A stretch of DNA of 64,000 bases from a virus (taxonomy: Duplodnaviria; Caudoviricetes): IMG/VR virus record IMGVR_UViG_3300011008_000002; one strand, given 5' to 3'. The notes under the pieces are model-generated. The model saw nothing but the letters and a program-made list of their open reading frames with translations. It was not told the origin of the DNA and did no database searches. Shown one piece after another: positions 9,226-19,602 of the stretch; within the stretch, counting starts at the first letter, position 1; every line of letters begins with the position of its first letter. A program made the position numbers and the translations under genes.

Positions 9226-11160
9226 TTAGTATTTTAATCCAAGGCGAATCTTTTCACTGGTTCTCTGTAACTTGTTCCGTATCCTCATAAGTTCATATTT
9301 GTTTTGTTTATTGTCGTCTCCTCGGCTATCTTCAATCTTCTCATTGACAACCTGGAGTTCATCTTCCAACTCTCTGAGGATTTTAGCTCTTTCTTTACCA
9401 TCCAGGTATTTATCAGTACAGATAAACCCGATGAATGTAATACCAGTTATAAGAGCAACTGGAGATATTACAGTACCAACAGCAGAACCAATCATAAGAC
9501 CAATTCCACGCTTAACCCATCTCCAAACCTTGGGCCATGCTCCCCCTTTAAGGATAATGTTCCTACGTTCATTCGCATCGGCTTCTCTGATTTTCTCATA
9601 TTGTTGCTGAATAAACTTCTCCATAGGGTCAATGGTCTTCTTTATAGCAGTTTTAATATTATCTGTCCTGTCTTTTGTTGCTGTCTTACTAAATGCTTGG
9701 TTAGCCTTTGTTTCTGCTTTACGAGCAATTTTACCGGCAGTACCTTCAATGATAACAGTACCTACATCATATTCATCAACCGAATAATTCTCCTGGATGA
9801 TAGGGGTCATTCTAGCAAGTTGTAACATTGCTTCTGTAATACTATCGTCGTCTTCTGCATTGAATATATCAAATACTGTACTACCCACTTTCCTTGATGC
9901 TACAGAAAAAGGAGTAAGAGAACCAATTCCATATGGATCAGGTCTAAATCCAACCCCTGAAGCAGATGGAGTAACTATAGGCGCACCACCCCGGGTAGCT
10001 TCTTCTTTTACTTCCTCATATGCACTATCAAGAAGTTCAGCAAAGCTTTTATCGAGAATTGATAAAGCCGACTCTAATTCCGGATTTCCTTTGCAACGGT
10101 TTCCAAGAAACTCAAGTACAGTGCCTGTTATTCTGAGAAGTGGAATGTCATTATAGTTCTCATGGGTGAATTCATATTTTGCTGTATTACTATAGCACTT
10201 AAAGAATTTTGCTATAGATGCTTTATCACAAGCATCTGTTACAATACAAATGGAACCGTGAAGTAAACCTTCCCCTGTCAACATAGGTTGACTTATAATA
10301 TTTTCCAAGATCATAAATTCCTTGGTTCCATCGTCATTTGCATCGTTGAACGCTTCAAACAATGATTTGCTATCCATATGATAAGAATAATCTTCAGGAG
10401 AAAGATTTCCGAAGATATTTAATGCAGATTCTATCATAGGATCATCATTATAAGATGCAATCCGAGACTCTATGGTACCAATGATATGTACTCCATTAGA
10501 AACAGAGTCATCATCTCCATCAGCTCCATTTGCTGATTCCATAGCAGGTATTGCCTCGGTTACATCCTTATATATACAGAATGCTTCATAAAGTTCTGCT
10601 TCTTTAGAAAGTTGATGAATATCAGAACGTTTCCCATCATAGTTATTATCTATGATATCTCCAGTGATGTTACCGTATCCCCTATAATATTTATCAGTAT
10701 CTCTGTTGTATATAACATCACCCAATCGGTTCCTCTGATCCATCAGAAGTTTTCTTAGTAAAGTTGCAGGCACAATCGTAACTGCATATAAAATCAGTGC
10801 AATGATGAGAACAAAGGCTGTGGTTAAAGTCACTCCACCGACAATAAGAATCCCATCAATAGCTAATAATACATCATTAAACCCATTAGCACCTACAGCG
10901 AGGAATTTCAAAACAGCATCCCCGAATTTCTCCAGGTGTTCGTCTCCACTATTAGAAAATACCTCTGCTTCTGCTTTAATTTGGTTCTTGGACTTTATAT
11001 ATTTCGATGTCGATGATACCGACTCTAAAATAGTTTGAAAATCAGAGTTTTCCATCAATGAAAACGTAAGTTTCTTTCTATACTCTGACTCCAAGGCTAT
11101 ATATTCGTCCATCGGATAATTTGAGAAGCGGATTTTACGCTCTAAATTACTAATAGCCAT
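9226..11160 (-). CDS. Putative internal head/ejected virion protein with hydrophobic segments
   Basis: Late promoter. Many hydrophobic-Glu-small motifs (ALES, LMEN, ILES, AMES, MIES, LFEA, ILEN, ELES, ITEA, IIEG) resembling prohead protease sites. Two hydrophobic regions and a C-terminal coiled coil. Confidence 0.6.
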   Translation of the reverse strand: MAISNLERKIRFSNYPMDEYIALESEYRKKLTFSLMENSDFQTILESVSSTSKYIKSKNQIKAEAEVFSNSGDEHLEKFGDAVLKFLAVGANGFNDVLLAIDGILIVGGVTLTTAFVLIIALILYAVTIVPATLLRKLLMDQRNRLGDVIYNRDTDKYYRGYGNITGDIIDNNYDGKRSDIHQLSKEAELYEAFCIYKDVTEAIPAMESANGADGDDDSVSNGVHIIGTIESRIASYNDDPMIESALNIFGNLSPEDYSYHMDSKSLFEAFNDANDDGTKEFMILENIISQPMLTGEGLLHGSICIVTDACDKASIAKFFKCYSNTAKYEFTHENYNDIPLLRITGTVLEFLGNRCKGNPELESALSILDKSFAELLDSAYEEVKEEATRGGAPIVTPSASGVGFRPDPYGIGSLTPFSVASRKVGSTVFDIFNAEDDDSITEAMLQLARMTPIIQENYSVDEYDVGTVIIEGTAGKIARKAETKANQAFSKTATKDRTDNIKTAIKKTIDPMEKFIQQQYEKIREADANERRNIILKGGAWPKVWRWVKRGIGLMIGSAVGTVISPVALITGITFIGFICTDKYLDGKERAKILRELEDELQVVNEKIEDSRGDDNKQNKYELMRIRNKLQRTSEKIRLGLKY

Positions 11161-11210
11161 ATTGCTATTTCCCTCCTTATCTTTTATTATTGAAATACTT
11201 CCTAAAGCAC

Positions 11211-11223
11211 TTATTACTTTGTT
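11211..11223 (-). promoter_or_regulatory. Late promoter motif
   Basis: Minus strand AACAaagtaaTAA. Confidence 0.65.
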
Positions 11224-11279
11224 TTCTAATGCGTCATTTATGACATTAAAAGGCTTCCAAACACTTGAGTTTTACTATA

Positions 11280-11292
11280 AACAAGAATATAA
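11280..11292 (+). promoter_or_regulatory. Late promoter motif
   Basis: AACAagaataTAA, divergent from 11211-11223. Confidence 0.65.
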
Positions 11293-11356
11293 TTGCGAGG
11301 GTATATGAGATATTATGCTCTTCCGATTATAAAACTCGGAGAAAGGAGGTACTCGG

Positions 11357-11893
11357 ATGGCATATGCGGAAGAGAAGGATTTAATTCAGAATATCAAAGA
11401 TCTCAGAGATTCTGTTGAACAGATGACTGCCGAGTTTTCTACTGTGCAGCCGTCCATTGATCAGATTTTATCCTTAAAATCACAGTTCGAGGATCTGGCA
11501 AACAGCACCACGGCAGTGATACGGATTTATGAGAACACTTTGGCTGCAAAAAACTCCGAATATACAGACTTACTGAACAATTGTAAGTCTCAATTCAACC
11601 AAGTTACCAGAGAGGTCGAGTCTTTGGTTGCTCTTGGATTGAATTTCAATGAGATTAAAGACAAGATCGAGCAATGTCTTGAACTCAGTGATCAGGTGAA
11701 CTATCTTGTGCAGGACCAGTTCGTCATTATGAAAGAAGGTCACTACATAGATATTCCTAATCGTATTCCTTACAAGCACTATCTGAAGGTTATTGACTCG
11801 TTCGATATATCAGCGGGTGGTGGTTCTGGTGGTGGAGACACCACACATTACATTGTTAGTCCTACCTTAGCGATAAGCTATACCGCAAGGTAA
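11357..11893 (+). CDS. Coiled-coil late/virion protein
   Basis: AAGGAGGT RBS; heptad-like N-terminus. Confidence 0.8.
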   Translation: MAYAEEKDLIQNIKDLRDSVEQMTAEFSTVQPSIDQILSLKSQFEDLANSTTAVIRIYENTLAAKNSEYTDLLNNCKSQFNQVTREVESLVALGLNFNEIKDKIEQCLELSDQVNYLVQDQFVIMKEGHYIDIPNRIPYKHYLKVIDSFDISAGGGSGGGDTTHYIVSPTLAISYTAR

Positions 11894-11926
11894 ACTATAA
11901 AAATAAAAGAAAAGGAGAATAAACAA

Positions 11927-13102
11927 ATGAGCGATTTGAATCAGGTGAGGATACAGGTCCTCAACGCAGAAACTGGCGAAGTTATTGACAGCGTAGATGT
12001 GAAGACTTCTGATGCTGCTGTATATTTGCCGGACGGTTCTACTCTCAGGAGCTGGATTTCCCAGAATGAAGAGACCGTATCTGATATTCAGACGAAGCTT
12101 GCAACGCATCTTGCGAAGGCTCATGTAGATCCTGCGAAGCTTGATGGACTGCTTGCGGGCGTAAACTACAACCGTGAGACGGGTACTTTCACGTTCACGA
12201 AGCATGACGGTACTACCCAGGATGTTGACACCCTTCTTGAGAAGGTTATCGTAAACTTCAAGCTGCATGAGGGTGTGAGTGGTGAGTATACCGAAGTGAG
12301 CGTTCCTACTGGTAACCCCAGTGAGAATGGTTACTATGAGAAGAGCGGCAATGATTACACCGCTTCCGAGGACACCACTGTTGATGGTGAGAAGACCTAC
12401 TATACCAGCGATCTTGGCAAGACCTTCCTTGTTCTTGTGTCTGACGACCAGACTGAGCAGAAGGTTGACATGACCAAGTTCTTCGACGTTTACACTGGCT
12501 CCAATGCCAACGGTATTACCGTTTCGGTAAACAACCAGAAGCAGATCAGCGCGTCCATCAATGACGGCTCCATCGCTTACGATAAGCTCGATACTGCTCT
12601 TAAGGCGAAGGTTGACGCTGAGTACAGCCTTCCTGCGGCTACTACCAGTGCGCTTGGTGGCGTTATTGTTGGTAATGGTATCGCGGTTGCGAACGACGGA
12701 ACGATTTCTGCTGACAACATCAAGAAGGGTGGTGTTGCCGTTTCCCTGAACCTTGATGAGGATGAGAATACCGTTGTTATCAATGTTACGGACAACAATG
12801 CGGCTGTTCAGAACCTTACGGTTGGCGGAACGGCTACGGCTCTGGTTGTGAACCAGACCTTCACTGGTACTCAGGCCGCGAATGCTACAGCTACCTATCA
12901 GTGGTATAAGAAGACTGTCGGCACGGATGCTGCGTTCACGAAGATTACTGGTGCTACCAGTGCGACTCTTCCTGCTGCAAGCATTGATACGTCGGCGGCT
13001 GGTCAGACCATCTACTACTGCGTAGTTGGTGCTACTGGCACGGATGTTGTTGCTGATCCTGCTACTTCCAAGAGGATTACTGTCAACGTTGCGGCTGTGT
13101 AA
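11927..13102 (+). CDS. Virion surface protein with C-terminal Ig-like domain
   Basis: TYQWYK...ITGAT....YYCVV Ig-like motif; YSLPAATTSALGGVIVG.G.....DGTIS fibre motif; strong codon bias suggesting high expression. Confidence 0.8.
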   Translation: MSDLNQVRIQVLNAETGEVIDSVDVKTSDAAVYLPDGSTLRSWISQNEETVSDIQTKLATHLAKAHVDPAKLDGLLAGVNYNRETGTFTFTKHDGTTQDVDTLLEKVIVNFKLHEGVSGEYTEVSVPTGNPSENGYYEKSGNDYTASEDTTVDGEKTYYTSDLGKTFLVLVSDDQTEQKVDMTKFFDVYTGSNANGITVSVNNQKQISASINDGSIAYDKLDTALKAKVDAEYSLPAATTSALGGVIVGNGIAVANDGTISADNIKKGGVAVSLNLDEDENTVVINVTDNNAAVQNLTVGGTATALVVNQTFTGTQAANATATYQWYKKTVGTDAAFTKITGATSATLPAASIDTSAAGQTIYYCVVGATGTDVVADPATSKRITVNVAAV

Positions 13103-13159
13103 TTTATACGTTACATAGCTAAATAGACAGTAATTATGGTTGCAGAGGAGGTGGTATAA

Positions 13160-13600
13160 ATGCCTAGCGTTTACAAAGTTCAGCATGAAGAAGCAAACGG
13201 CGATATTATCTTATACGCTTCATCTGCGGAAATTGTAGGGTATAATTCGTCAAACTCGACGAATTTGGATGCCCAAAATACGCAGGATGCAATCCACGCC
13301 GTTAATGAAAAGGCTGAAGGAAGGGCAAGGGTGTTGACCTTTAATGCAATCATCACAGCTTCAGCCTTTGATGGAACTACGGTTCCATATACACAGAGAA
13401 TAAGTGTTCCAGGTATATTACCTACTGATGCACCTGATGTGTCTCCTGTAATTTCAACCATCGTATCAGAGGGTTTGAAGCAGAGAGAAGCATTCGGATG
13501 TGTGACCTCAATCGAAACAGGGAACGGTGAAATTATCGTACGTTGTTACGAGGAAAAACCCGTTGTTGATGTCGGTATTCAAATGAGAGTATTCAGGTAA
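13160..13600 (+). CDS. Tail-associated hypothetical protein
   Basis: GAGGAGGT RBS; A.NTQDAI and PYTQ.I.V.GI...D.P motifs seen in phage tail proteins. Confidence 0.75.
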   Translation: MPSVYKVQHEEANGDIILYASSAEIVGYNSSNSTNLDAQNTQDAIHAVNEKAEGRARVLTFNAIITASAFDGTTVPYTQRISVPGILPTDAPDVSPVISTIVSEGLKQREAFGCVTSIETGNGEIIVRCYEEKPVVDVGIQMRVFR

Positions 13601-13618
13601 CAACAGGAACAAATATAG

Positions 13619-13653
13619 ATCTCCATAGGGATAATTACTATCCCTATGGAGAT
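13619..13653. terminator. Bidirectional terminator between convergent genes
   Basis: Perfect 15 bp inverted repeat. Confidence 0.8.
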
Positions 13654-13683
13654 TTTCATGTAGTTTCATGTATAGTGAATTGA

Positions 13684-14283
13684 TTACTTCTTCCTAAACC
13701 AAGTAAAGGCGTATCCGAGACGACCATCCTCGTCCTGCTTCTTATTAAGGATATCCGGAACGACAGTAACAGTCTTCGTCATAGGATTGACAGTAACAAG
13801 ACCAACCGTCGCCGGTTCAGGATCCCTTACAACCTTGCTAATCTCAGCCGCAAACGTATATTCGGTACCCTCAGTAACCTGAGTAGCCAAAAACGCGAAA
13901 GGCTTAATGCTCACGCCAACATGACCTTCCATTGTCTTATCATACGCAGCCTGCGCCTCTTCAGGAATATCCGTGGTAACATCAACCTTGATACCGCCAA
14001 GTTCGTCGCCGCTCTCGATAACACGCTCGATGTTCGTAATGGTAACGCCTTCCTTGGTCTCACGGAGAATGATAAGAGCCACATTCTTTACATCCTTACC
14101 GGTTATAACAGTCTGCTCAGCAAGGACGGCATGATTGGTACCGTTTACCAACTGGGAACCCAGATACGCAACGAACTGATATTCTGCGCCAACCAGATCA
14201 CCCAACCTACCAAACGCCTCGGCGATCTTTTGAGGCATTCCGCTCGTAGAAACCTTTACTTCCCAACTTCCAACTGAAGCCAT
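13684..14283 (-). CDS. Hypothetical protein with two tandem homologous domains
   Basis: P....AF..L..LVG..Y..VAYLGSQLVNGTN versus P....AY.K....VG......AFLATQVTEGTE; RBS; late promoter. Confidence 0.8.
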   Translation of the reverse strand: MASVGSWEVKVSTSGMPQKIAEAFGRLGDLVGAEYQFVAYLGSQLVNGTNHAVLAEQTVITGKDVKNVALIILRETKEGVTITNIERVIESGDELGGIKVDVTTDIPEEAQAAYDKTMEGHVGVSIKPFAFLATQVTEGTEYTFAAEISKVVRDPEPATVGLVTVNPMTKTVTVVPDILNKKQDEDGRLGYAFTWFRKK

Positions 14284-14338
14284 AGTTTTGTTCCTCCTTT
14301 ATTGTGAGTTATTTTTTATTTTGGGATTTTCATTCCCA

Positions 14339-14351
14339 TTAATCTTTTGTT
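14339..14351 (-). promoter_or_regulatory. Late promoter motif
   Basis: Minus strand AACAaaagatTAA. Confidence 0.6.
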
Positions 14352-14368
14352 AGACAAAAAATGAATAT

Positions 14369-14400
14369 CTATCAGGTAAGGATAAGCCCTTACCTGATAG
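14369..14400 (-). terminator. Intrinsic terminator
   Basis: 13 bp perfect stem with T-tract on the minus strand. Confidence 0.8.
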
Positions 14401-14408
14401 TCATCATA

Positions 14409-14864
14409 TTATTTATACTCTTTGAATTCAAGTCTTCCGTCAGCGTCTTCCAAAACTGAACCATGAGTAGATTTCAAAAGTTCTCTTACTTGATCAAAGT
14501 TCAGAACGATGTTAGTCGTTCCAGCCACAGTGATTACCAGTTCATTTTGGGAAACGTGTTTCTCAAGTTCTACATCTACATCAACTGAGTGTGTGATGAT
14601 GTTCTTCATCTCACCTTTCAGATATGTAAGATGTTGACCACAGTTTGGACAATAGAACGGTTTCTTTACCAATCTCTTGCTGCATCTTGGACAAACATAA
14701 TCATCTGATTTCAGAGAAGTCACTGAGTTGATTTTGATGTGTCTCTCAATAGCTTTCTTGGATGTATCCAGTGCAGCCCTTTCCGTTTCTGTAAGTTTCT
14801 TCCCTTTCAGAAATCGTTCACTAATCCATTCCAGTGCATCTTCGCAAAGTCTGTCAAATTTCAT
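14409..14864 (-). CDS. Zinc-ribbon protein
   Basis: CPRC...YCPNCGQ; RBS. Confidence 0.8.
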   Translation of the reverse strand: MKFDRLCEDALEWISERFLKGKKLTETERAALDTSKKAIERHIKINSVTSLKSDDYVCPRCSKRLVKKPFYCPNCGQHLTYLKGEMKNIITHSVDVDVELEKHVSQNELVITVAGTTNIVLNFDQVRELLKSTHGSVLEDADGRLEFKEYK

Positions 14865-14902
14865 TTACATATAACCCTCCTTCTATACCCGTTGTCACGG
14901 AT

Positions 14903-17626
14903 TTATTGATTTATAATCTTGTACTGGTCTGGGGTTACATTTTGTTCATATACACGAACTGTGTATTTATTATCTGACGTAGTTGTAACGCTCTTGGTTG
15001 TCTGTAGTACATTAACATCATACATATCAAACATTGAATTATGTGATATTAAGAATATCTGAGTAGCGGATATTGTTTTCATATATTGCTCTATAATGTC
15101 GATGTATTTAGACCTACCATACTTATCCAAAGCAGTATCTATTTCATCGAGTAACATGATATTATAAACTTTAGACACCAAACGAATCAATACCAATGAA
15201 AATGCTAATGACAACATAGCTCGTTCACCATCAGATGCTTCAGATATATCACCAACGATAACACCATTCTTTTTATATGGAATGGTAAATTCCTTATCAT
15301 CAATGATAAGTTTATCTGGGTCTTTAACCAAAGTAATATCAGGATAGGCAACGTGCATTAATTCATTGATAGAGTCTATCATTTGGTTTCTAATTACATC
15401 ATCAATGAATTCTACAGGAATACCCTTTGATGGAGAAACTGCATCTCTAACAAGTATAGCTTCTCCATATTTATCAGTAAGCATTTCTTTTTCTCTTTCT
15501 AATGATTGTATCATTTCAAGAGTATTTTGAAGTTGATTTAGTCTTCCACGGTCACTGTTGAGTTCATTATTTATTTCACTTGCTTTATTTTGTATTTCTC
15601 TAAGCTGTAGTGATAGGGCATCATATTTTTTCTTACAATCTTCCATCGTTGAAAGTTGTTTCTGAATATCCTTCATTTGAGTTCTATCTTGTTCCAATTC
15701 TTTCGCAAGCTCAATCTCATCTGCTAATTGTTTTGCCGACTTATTGAACTCATCTAATTGAGTTCTATTGAACTCTAAATCTTTTTGATGATGTTCTATC
15801 ACCTCATCAGTTTCCGCTATTGCTTGTATAGTCCTCTCTAAATCTACTTTCATAGAATCGTATAGAGAGATTGTTGTTTCAAGACCCGATAGTTGGTCTT
15901 TTGTAGTCTTTTCTAATGTCAACAATTGAGATTTATGAACTGCTGATTCCAGATATGAAATCATAGTTGACATGAGGTCGGTATTGTATATCTGTCTATC
16001 AACTCCATCAATAAACATTTCCACGAACGTTTCAGGATTAAAAATTTCTTTTGGGACAATGCGGATATACTCGCTATGCTTATCAATGTATCCATAGAGT
16101 TTCTTCAGGGTATAGTATATATTGCGTTTGTCTTCAGCTATATTAAGCTTCTTTCTTTCAACACTAAATATCCTGTCAGCCCTTTGTTGGTCAGCAGTAA
16201 CAATCTCCTTGCTATTTTGATAGAACTTATAATACGGACAATCATCAGGCGATTTACATCCAAGAGATTTACTATCATCTATCTTACGAAATCTTATTTT
16301 ACCGGATATCTGATTTGCTGTCTCTAAGTCAGTTATTCTTTCTAAGACTGCCTGATATGTCGTATTAAGTTCTTCTTCAAAGAACTTTTTACTAAGAAAC
16401 CCTTTTAACACATCTGGGATTAGAGATTGGTCATTTACTTCTGTTACCAAATCAGAGCAAAGACCTCTAAGTTCATCTAAATAGATACTCGCAGTAATGA
16501 GGTCATCTTTCTTCTTAGTGTAATCAATATCTGGTTCAATTTCTATATTCTCTAATCCAGTTAATTCTGTACTGATATTTGCTAGTAGTTTCTCAAGTTC
16601 TTTCTTGTTAGTGCTGTTTTCCATCCGAGTAATTGAGTCTTCAAGGCTGTTCTTTGTATTAAGTTTCACCTCTTTGAAATCTAGTTCTGACTTAATTGTT
16701 GATTCCAATGACTCAATTCGAAGCTGTGTTGATATGATATTTTTTGTAATACCGTTTTGTTCGTTTTCAAGGACAGTAACATCAGAAGAAGTCTTTCTCT
16801 TAGCCTTTAGTTTTTCTATCTTCTCAAGGAGTTCAGTTACCATCCCCTCGTAAGATTCGTATTCTTGATACGATTCTCTATTGATGTCCAAATTTGTTTT
16901 AACTGAGCCCTCGTTCTTTAGTACATCACTAAGGTCATTCTCTAGTTCTAATATTACTGCTTTAACAGTCTTAATCTGCCTTCGCAAATCCTCTTTATCA
17001 TAAGAACCATATCGTCCAAGTTTATCTACGACATTATTAAGAACGGTCTTTAAATCTCTCACCACGGCAGTTGCGTTCTTGTAATAAGTCATATAAATAT
17101 TGAGTTCAGAGAATATACGAACTGCCAATTTCTTTCTTTCACCGGCTGTATATTCTACCATACTCTTAACACTATTCCCAAGTGCAAGTAAAGCTAGAAA
17201 TGATTCATCAATGTAGAAATATTGCTGAACCAATTCTTTGAATGTAGTAACCAATCCACTTGGATTTAATTCCTCTCCATTCACCTCGAAATAACTTTTT
17301 GTCTGAAGAGAATCATCGGATTTCCTAATGTAGAGATGAGTGCATTTGATTTCTTTATTGTCTAGTATATAACGAATAATCTTTCTCCCATCTCGTTTGT
17401 TCATAATAAGATTACTGTTACCAGATTCATCTCCAGTACTAGAATTAAAAGCAAACGGGTGTATACTTTTAAGTATTGATGTCTTTCCAGAACCACTGTC
17501 CCCAACGAATAAATATGTCTGGTTTGGCATTTCTGAAAAGTTCAGGTAAATTCTATCTATATGCATCCCTGTATGGATTTTTGCAAATCCTTCAAGATAC
17601 AAATCTATCACTTCAAATCGTTTCAT
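14903..17626 (-). CDS. sbcC: SbcC/Rad50-like SMC ATPase
   Basis: Walker A GDSGSGKT, long coiled coil, hook CKSPDDCP, signature ASDGE, Walker B LLDEID, ISH. Confidence 0.92.
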   Translation of the reverse strand: MKRFEVIDLYLEGFAKIHTGMHIDRIYLNFSEMPNQTYLFVGDSGSGKTSILKSIHPFAFNSSTGDESGNSNLIMNKRDGRKIIRYILDNKEIKCTHLYIRKSDDSLQTKSYFEVNGEELNPSGLVTTFKELVQQYFYIDESFLALLALGNSVKSMVEYTAGERKKLAVRIFSELNIYMTYYKNATAVVRDLKTVLNNVVDKLGRYGSYDKEDLRRQIKTVKAVILELENDLSDVLKNEGSVKTNLDINRESYQEYESYEGMVTELLEKIEKLKAKRKTSSDVTVLENEQNGITKNIISTQLRIESLESTIKSELDFKEVKLNTKNSLEDSITRMENSTNKKELEKLLANISTELTGLENIEIEPDIDYTKKKDDLITASIYLDELRGLCSDLVTEVNDQSLIPDVLKGFLSKKFFEEELNTTYQAVLERITDLETANQISGKIRFRKIDDSKSLGCKSPDDCPYYKFYQNSKEIVTADQQRADRIFSVERKKLNIAEDKRNIYYTLKKLYGYIDKHSEYIRIVPKEIFNPETFVEMFIDGVDRQIYNTDLMSTMISYLESAVHKSQLLTLEKTTKDQLSGLETTISLYDSMKVDLERTIQAIAETDEVIEHHQKDLEFNRTQLDEFNKSAKQLADEIELAKELEQDRTQMKDIQKQLSTMEDCKKKYDALSLQLREIQNKASEINNELNSDRGRLNQLQNTLEMIQSLEREKEMLTDKYGEAILVRDAVSPSKGIPVEFIDDVIRNQMIDSINELMHVAYPDITLVKDPDKLIIDDKEFTIPYKKNGVIVGDISEASDGERAMLSLAFSLVLIRLVSKVYNIMLLDEIDTALDKYGRSKYIDIIEQYMKTISATQIFLISHNSMFDMYDVNVLQTTKSVTTTSDNKYTVRVYEQNVTPDQYKIINQ

Positions 17627-17634
17627 ATCTCCTC

Positions 17635-17817
17635 CTAATCAATTAAGTTTAGAATGCCCAGTTTTTCCTCAAGATAGTATAACTGATTTGATAGATAGGT
17701 ATCATAGTTATCGTCACGTAACCCTTGTATCATAGCATCAGCCATATTGAATATAGTTCTTAATAAACGAAGTTCTTCATCTGTAAAATCTTCTGGTTTA
17801 AATTCTCTATCACTCAT
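17635..17817 (-). CDS. Small hypothetical protein
   Basis: AGGAGG RBS; the only confidently called gene ending in TAG. Confidence 0.75.
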   Translation of the reverse strand: MSDREFKPEDFTDEELRLLRTIFNMADAMIQGLRDDNYDTYLSNQLYYLEEKLGILNLID

Positions 17818-17835
17818 AGTAATCCTCCTAATATA

Positions 17836-17880
17836 AAAAAGTAAGGTGAGCTATATTGATTAATGCTCACCTTACTTTTT
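17836..17880. terminator. Intrinsic terminator, bidirectional form
   Basis: AAAAAGTAAGGTGAGC/GCTCACCTTACTTTTT inverted repeat. Confidence 0.8.
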
Positions 17881-17901
17881 GGTTTATAAGTTCTTACTAA
17901 A

Positions 17902-18549
17902 TCAAATGTGTGTCTGTTTCATGAATGACGGACGATCACCAAATGTTCTAACATCAACCGAAGCAGCACTCTCTTTTTCTGGTGATGGTTTGGGAGCTTT
18001 CGGTCCGTATGAATAATCATCATCATCTCTAAACCTTTGAGACTTAGCATTGTACTGTCTCTTATTCATACCAAAGATAAAGTTACGGCTTCGTTTGATA
18101 TTCTCACATAAGATTTCCATCATGACTATTGTATCTTTGACATCTCGTCTACGGTTTAATAAATCTTCTTGAAGATCAAATAATTTAATTTTCTCTTCAG
18201 GACTGAATGACTTTCCTGTAATCGAAGATGTCATTCTATGCGATACATCTGTCAATTGATCGTCTAGTTCTTTATATAGGGTATTCGTCTCTTCGATTTT
18301 TTCTGTTAAGATTAGACAAATGACATCTAATACATTCATACTAAAATCTAATTTGTACTTGGCGAATTTTGATACACTTTCTAAATCAGATGTATCAATG
18401 TATTTGTCAAATATTTTTTGAAGAGCCGTTACCTCAGTATCATTTGGCTTAAAATCGAAAACATTGTGACCTTCTGGATATTTCCTGTCATCTGTAAGAC
18501 TAATATTATATCCATATTCTTCATCGGTCTTAAATTCTGTATCGCCCAA
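17902..18549 (-). CDS. Hypothetical helical protein
   Basis: TTG start with AAGGAG RBS; operonic. Confidence 0.8.
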   Translation of the reverse strand: MGDTEFKTDEEYGYNISLTDDRKYPEGHNVFDFKPNDTEVTALQKIFDKYIDTSDLESVSKFAKYKLDFSMNVLDVICLILTEKIEETNTLYKELDDQLTDVSHRMTSSITGKSFSPEEKIKLFDLQEDLLNRRRDVKDTIVMMEILCENIKRSRNFIFGMNKRQYNAKSQRFRDDDDYSYGPKAPKPSPEKESAASVDVRTFGDRPSFMKQTHI

Positions 18550-18567
18550 TGTATACTCCTTTCTACA

Positions 18568-19602
18568 TCATTCCATTTCCTTATCGTTGGTTGTGACATC
18601 AAATCCAGATATCTTATACCATACCCCATCATCTGTATTTAATACCTTAAATGAATATTTAAGGTCTATGATTTCACACCAATTGAGGAAATAAGGAAGA
18701 GTCATTTTCTGCTTGCTCTTTAGTGCGCTTTTCATATTATTGATGAGATGTTGTGTCGGACTTTTCTTCCGATAATCTTTAAGATCAATCAGTTTTTGCC
18801 CGAGGGCTAATTTTATTCCTCGTTTTAGAGGATCCTCACCAACGGATAGCGGTACTGTAAAACATTCCTTTGTTTCTTCAGGAATTTCTTCCCATGGAAA
18901 TTCTTCATGGTTATTCATAACTATCATGTACTGCATAGGATTAGGTACACCAGAACTACTATTGTCAATAGTGATTTCCCAATCCAGATTGAAACTTTCG
19001 CACCACGATAAGAATTTCAATATGGACATATTTTTTGTAGCACCATTTAACGCACTCTTTATATTATCCAACCCGTGTTTCTTATCAAACGAACCCCTAT
19101 ACTCATTGAGTACAGGTTTCATATGTCTTAATGTTAATTTGATAATTCTTTCAAGTGGGTCATCTGTACTCTCTAGTTCAGGCATATAAACTTCACCGAC
19201 CGGAGTAATCTTAATGTTACCAGACTTTATAATATTTTGGTTAAGTCCGTAGTTGCTTGCATACGATTCCATCATATCATCAATGGAAGCCATCTGAATC
19301 CTTTTGTCATACTCTGCTTTACTTACAATGAAACGTTTGTTATACAAATCTTCCTGTTCATCCACATAGGGTTCCACAAAATACTTATCCCCAATTTGAA
19401 TGATTGTACCTGGGCGAACGTCAGACATTGACCTGTGTTGTACTAACTTATAAAGAGTATCTCCAATAAGATAAAAATGGTCACGGTCTAACTTCAATGG
19501 TCTATCTGCCGTATCATTCAAATCTATAACGGGTAGACATAAATCCTCATATGGATCACAGAAAAATGGATCATTTATTACTATCATTCTGCATTTCCTC
19601 AA
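18568..19602 (-). CDS. Hypothetical protein with tandem duplicated HTH-like domain
   Basis: DPLERIIKLTL...NIKSAL...MSILKFLSWCE versus DPLKRGIKLAL...NMKSAL...MTLPYFLNWCE. Start uncertain, possibly at MIVIND. Confidence 0.75.
   Translation of the reverse strand: MRKCRMIVINDPFFCDPYEDLCLPVIDLNDTADRPLKLDRDHFYLIGDTLYKLVQHRSMSDVRPGTIIQIGDKYFVEPYVDEQEDLYNKRFIVSKAEYDKRIQMASIDDMMESYASNYGLNQNIIKSGNIKITPVGEVYMPELESTDDPLERIIKLTLRHMKPVLNEYRGSFDKKHGLDNIKSALNGATKNMSILKFLSWCESFNLDWEITIDNSSSGVPNPMQYMIVMNNHEEFPWEEIPEETKECFTVPLSVGEDPLKRGIKLALGQKLIDLKDYRKKSPTQHLINNMKSALKSKQKMTLPYFLNWCEIIDLKYSFKVLNTDDGVWYKISGFDVTTNDKEME

Noticed and set aside
11867-13186. 439 aa minus-strand ORF
   Set aside because: Antisense shadow of the strongly codon-biased plus-strand gene 11927-13102; no RBS and unnatural composition.
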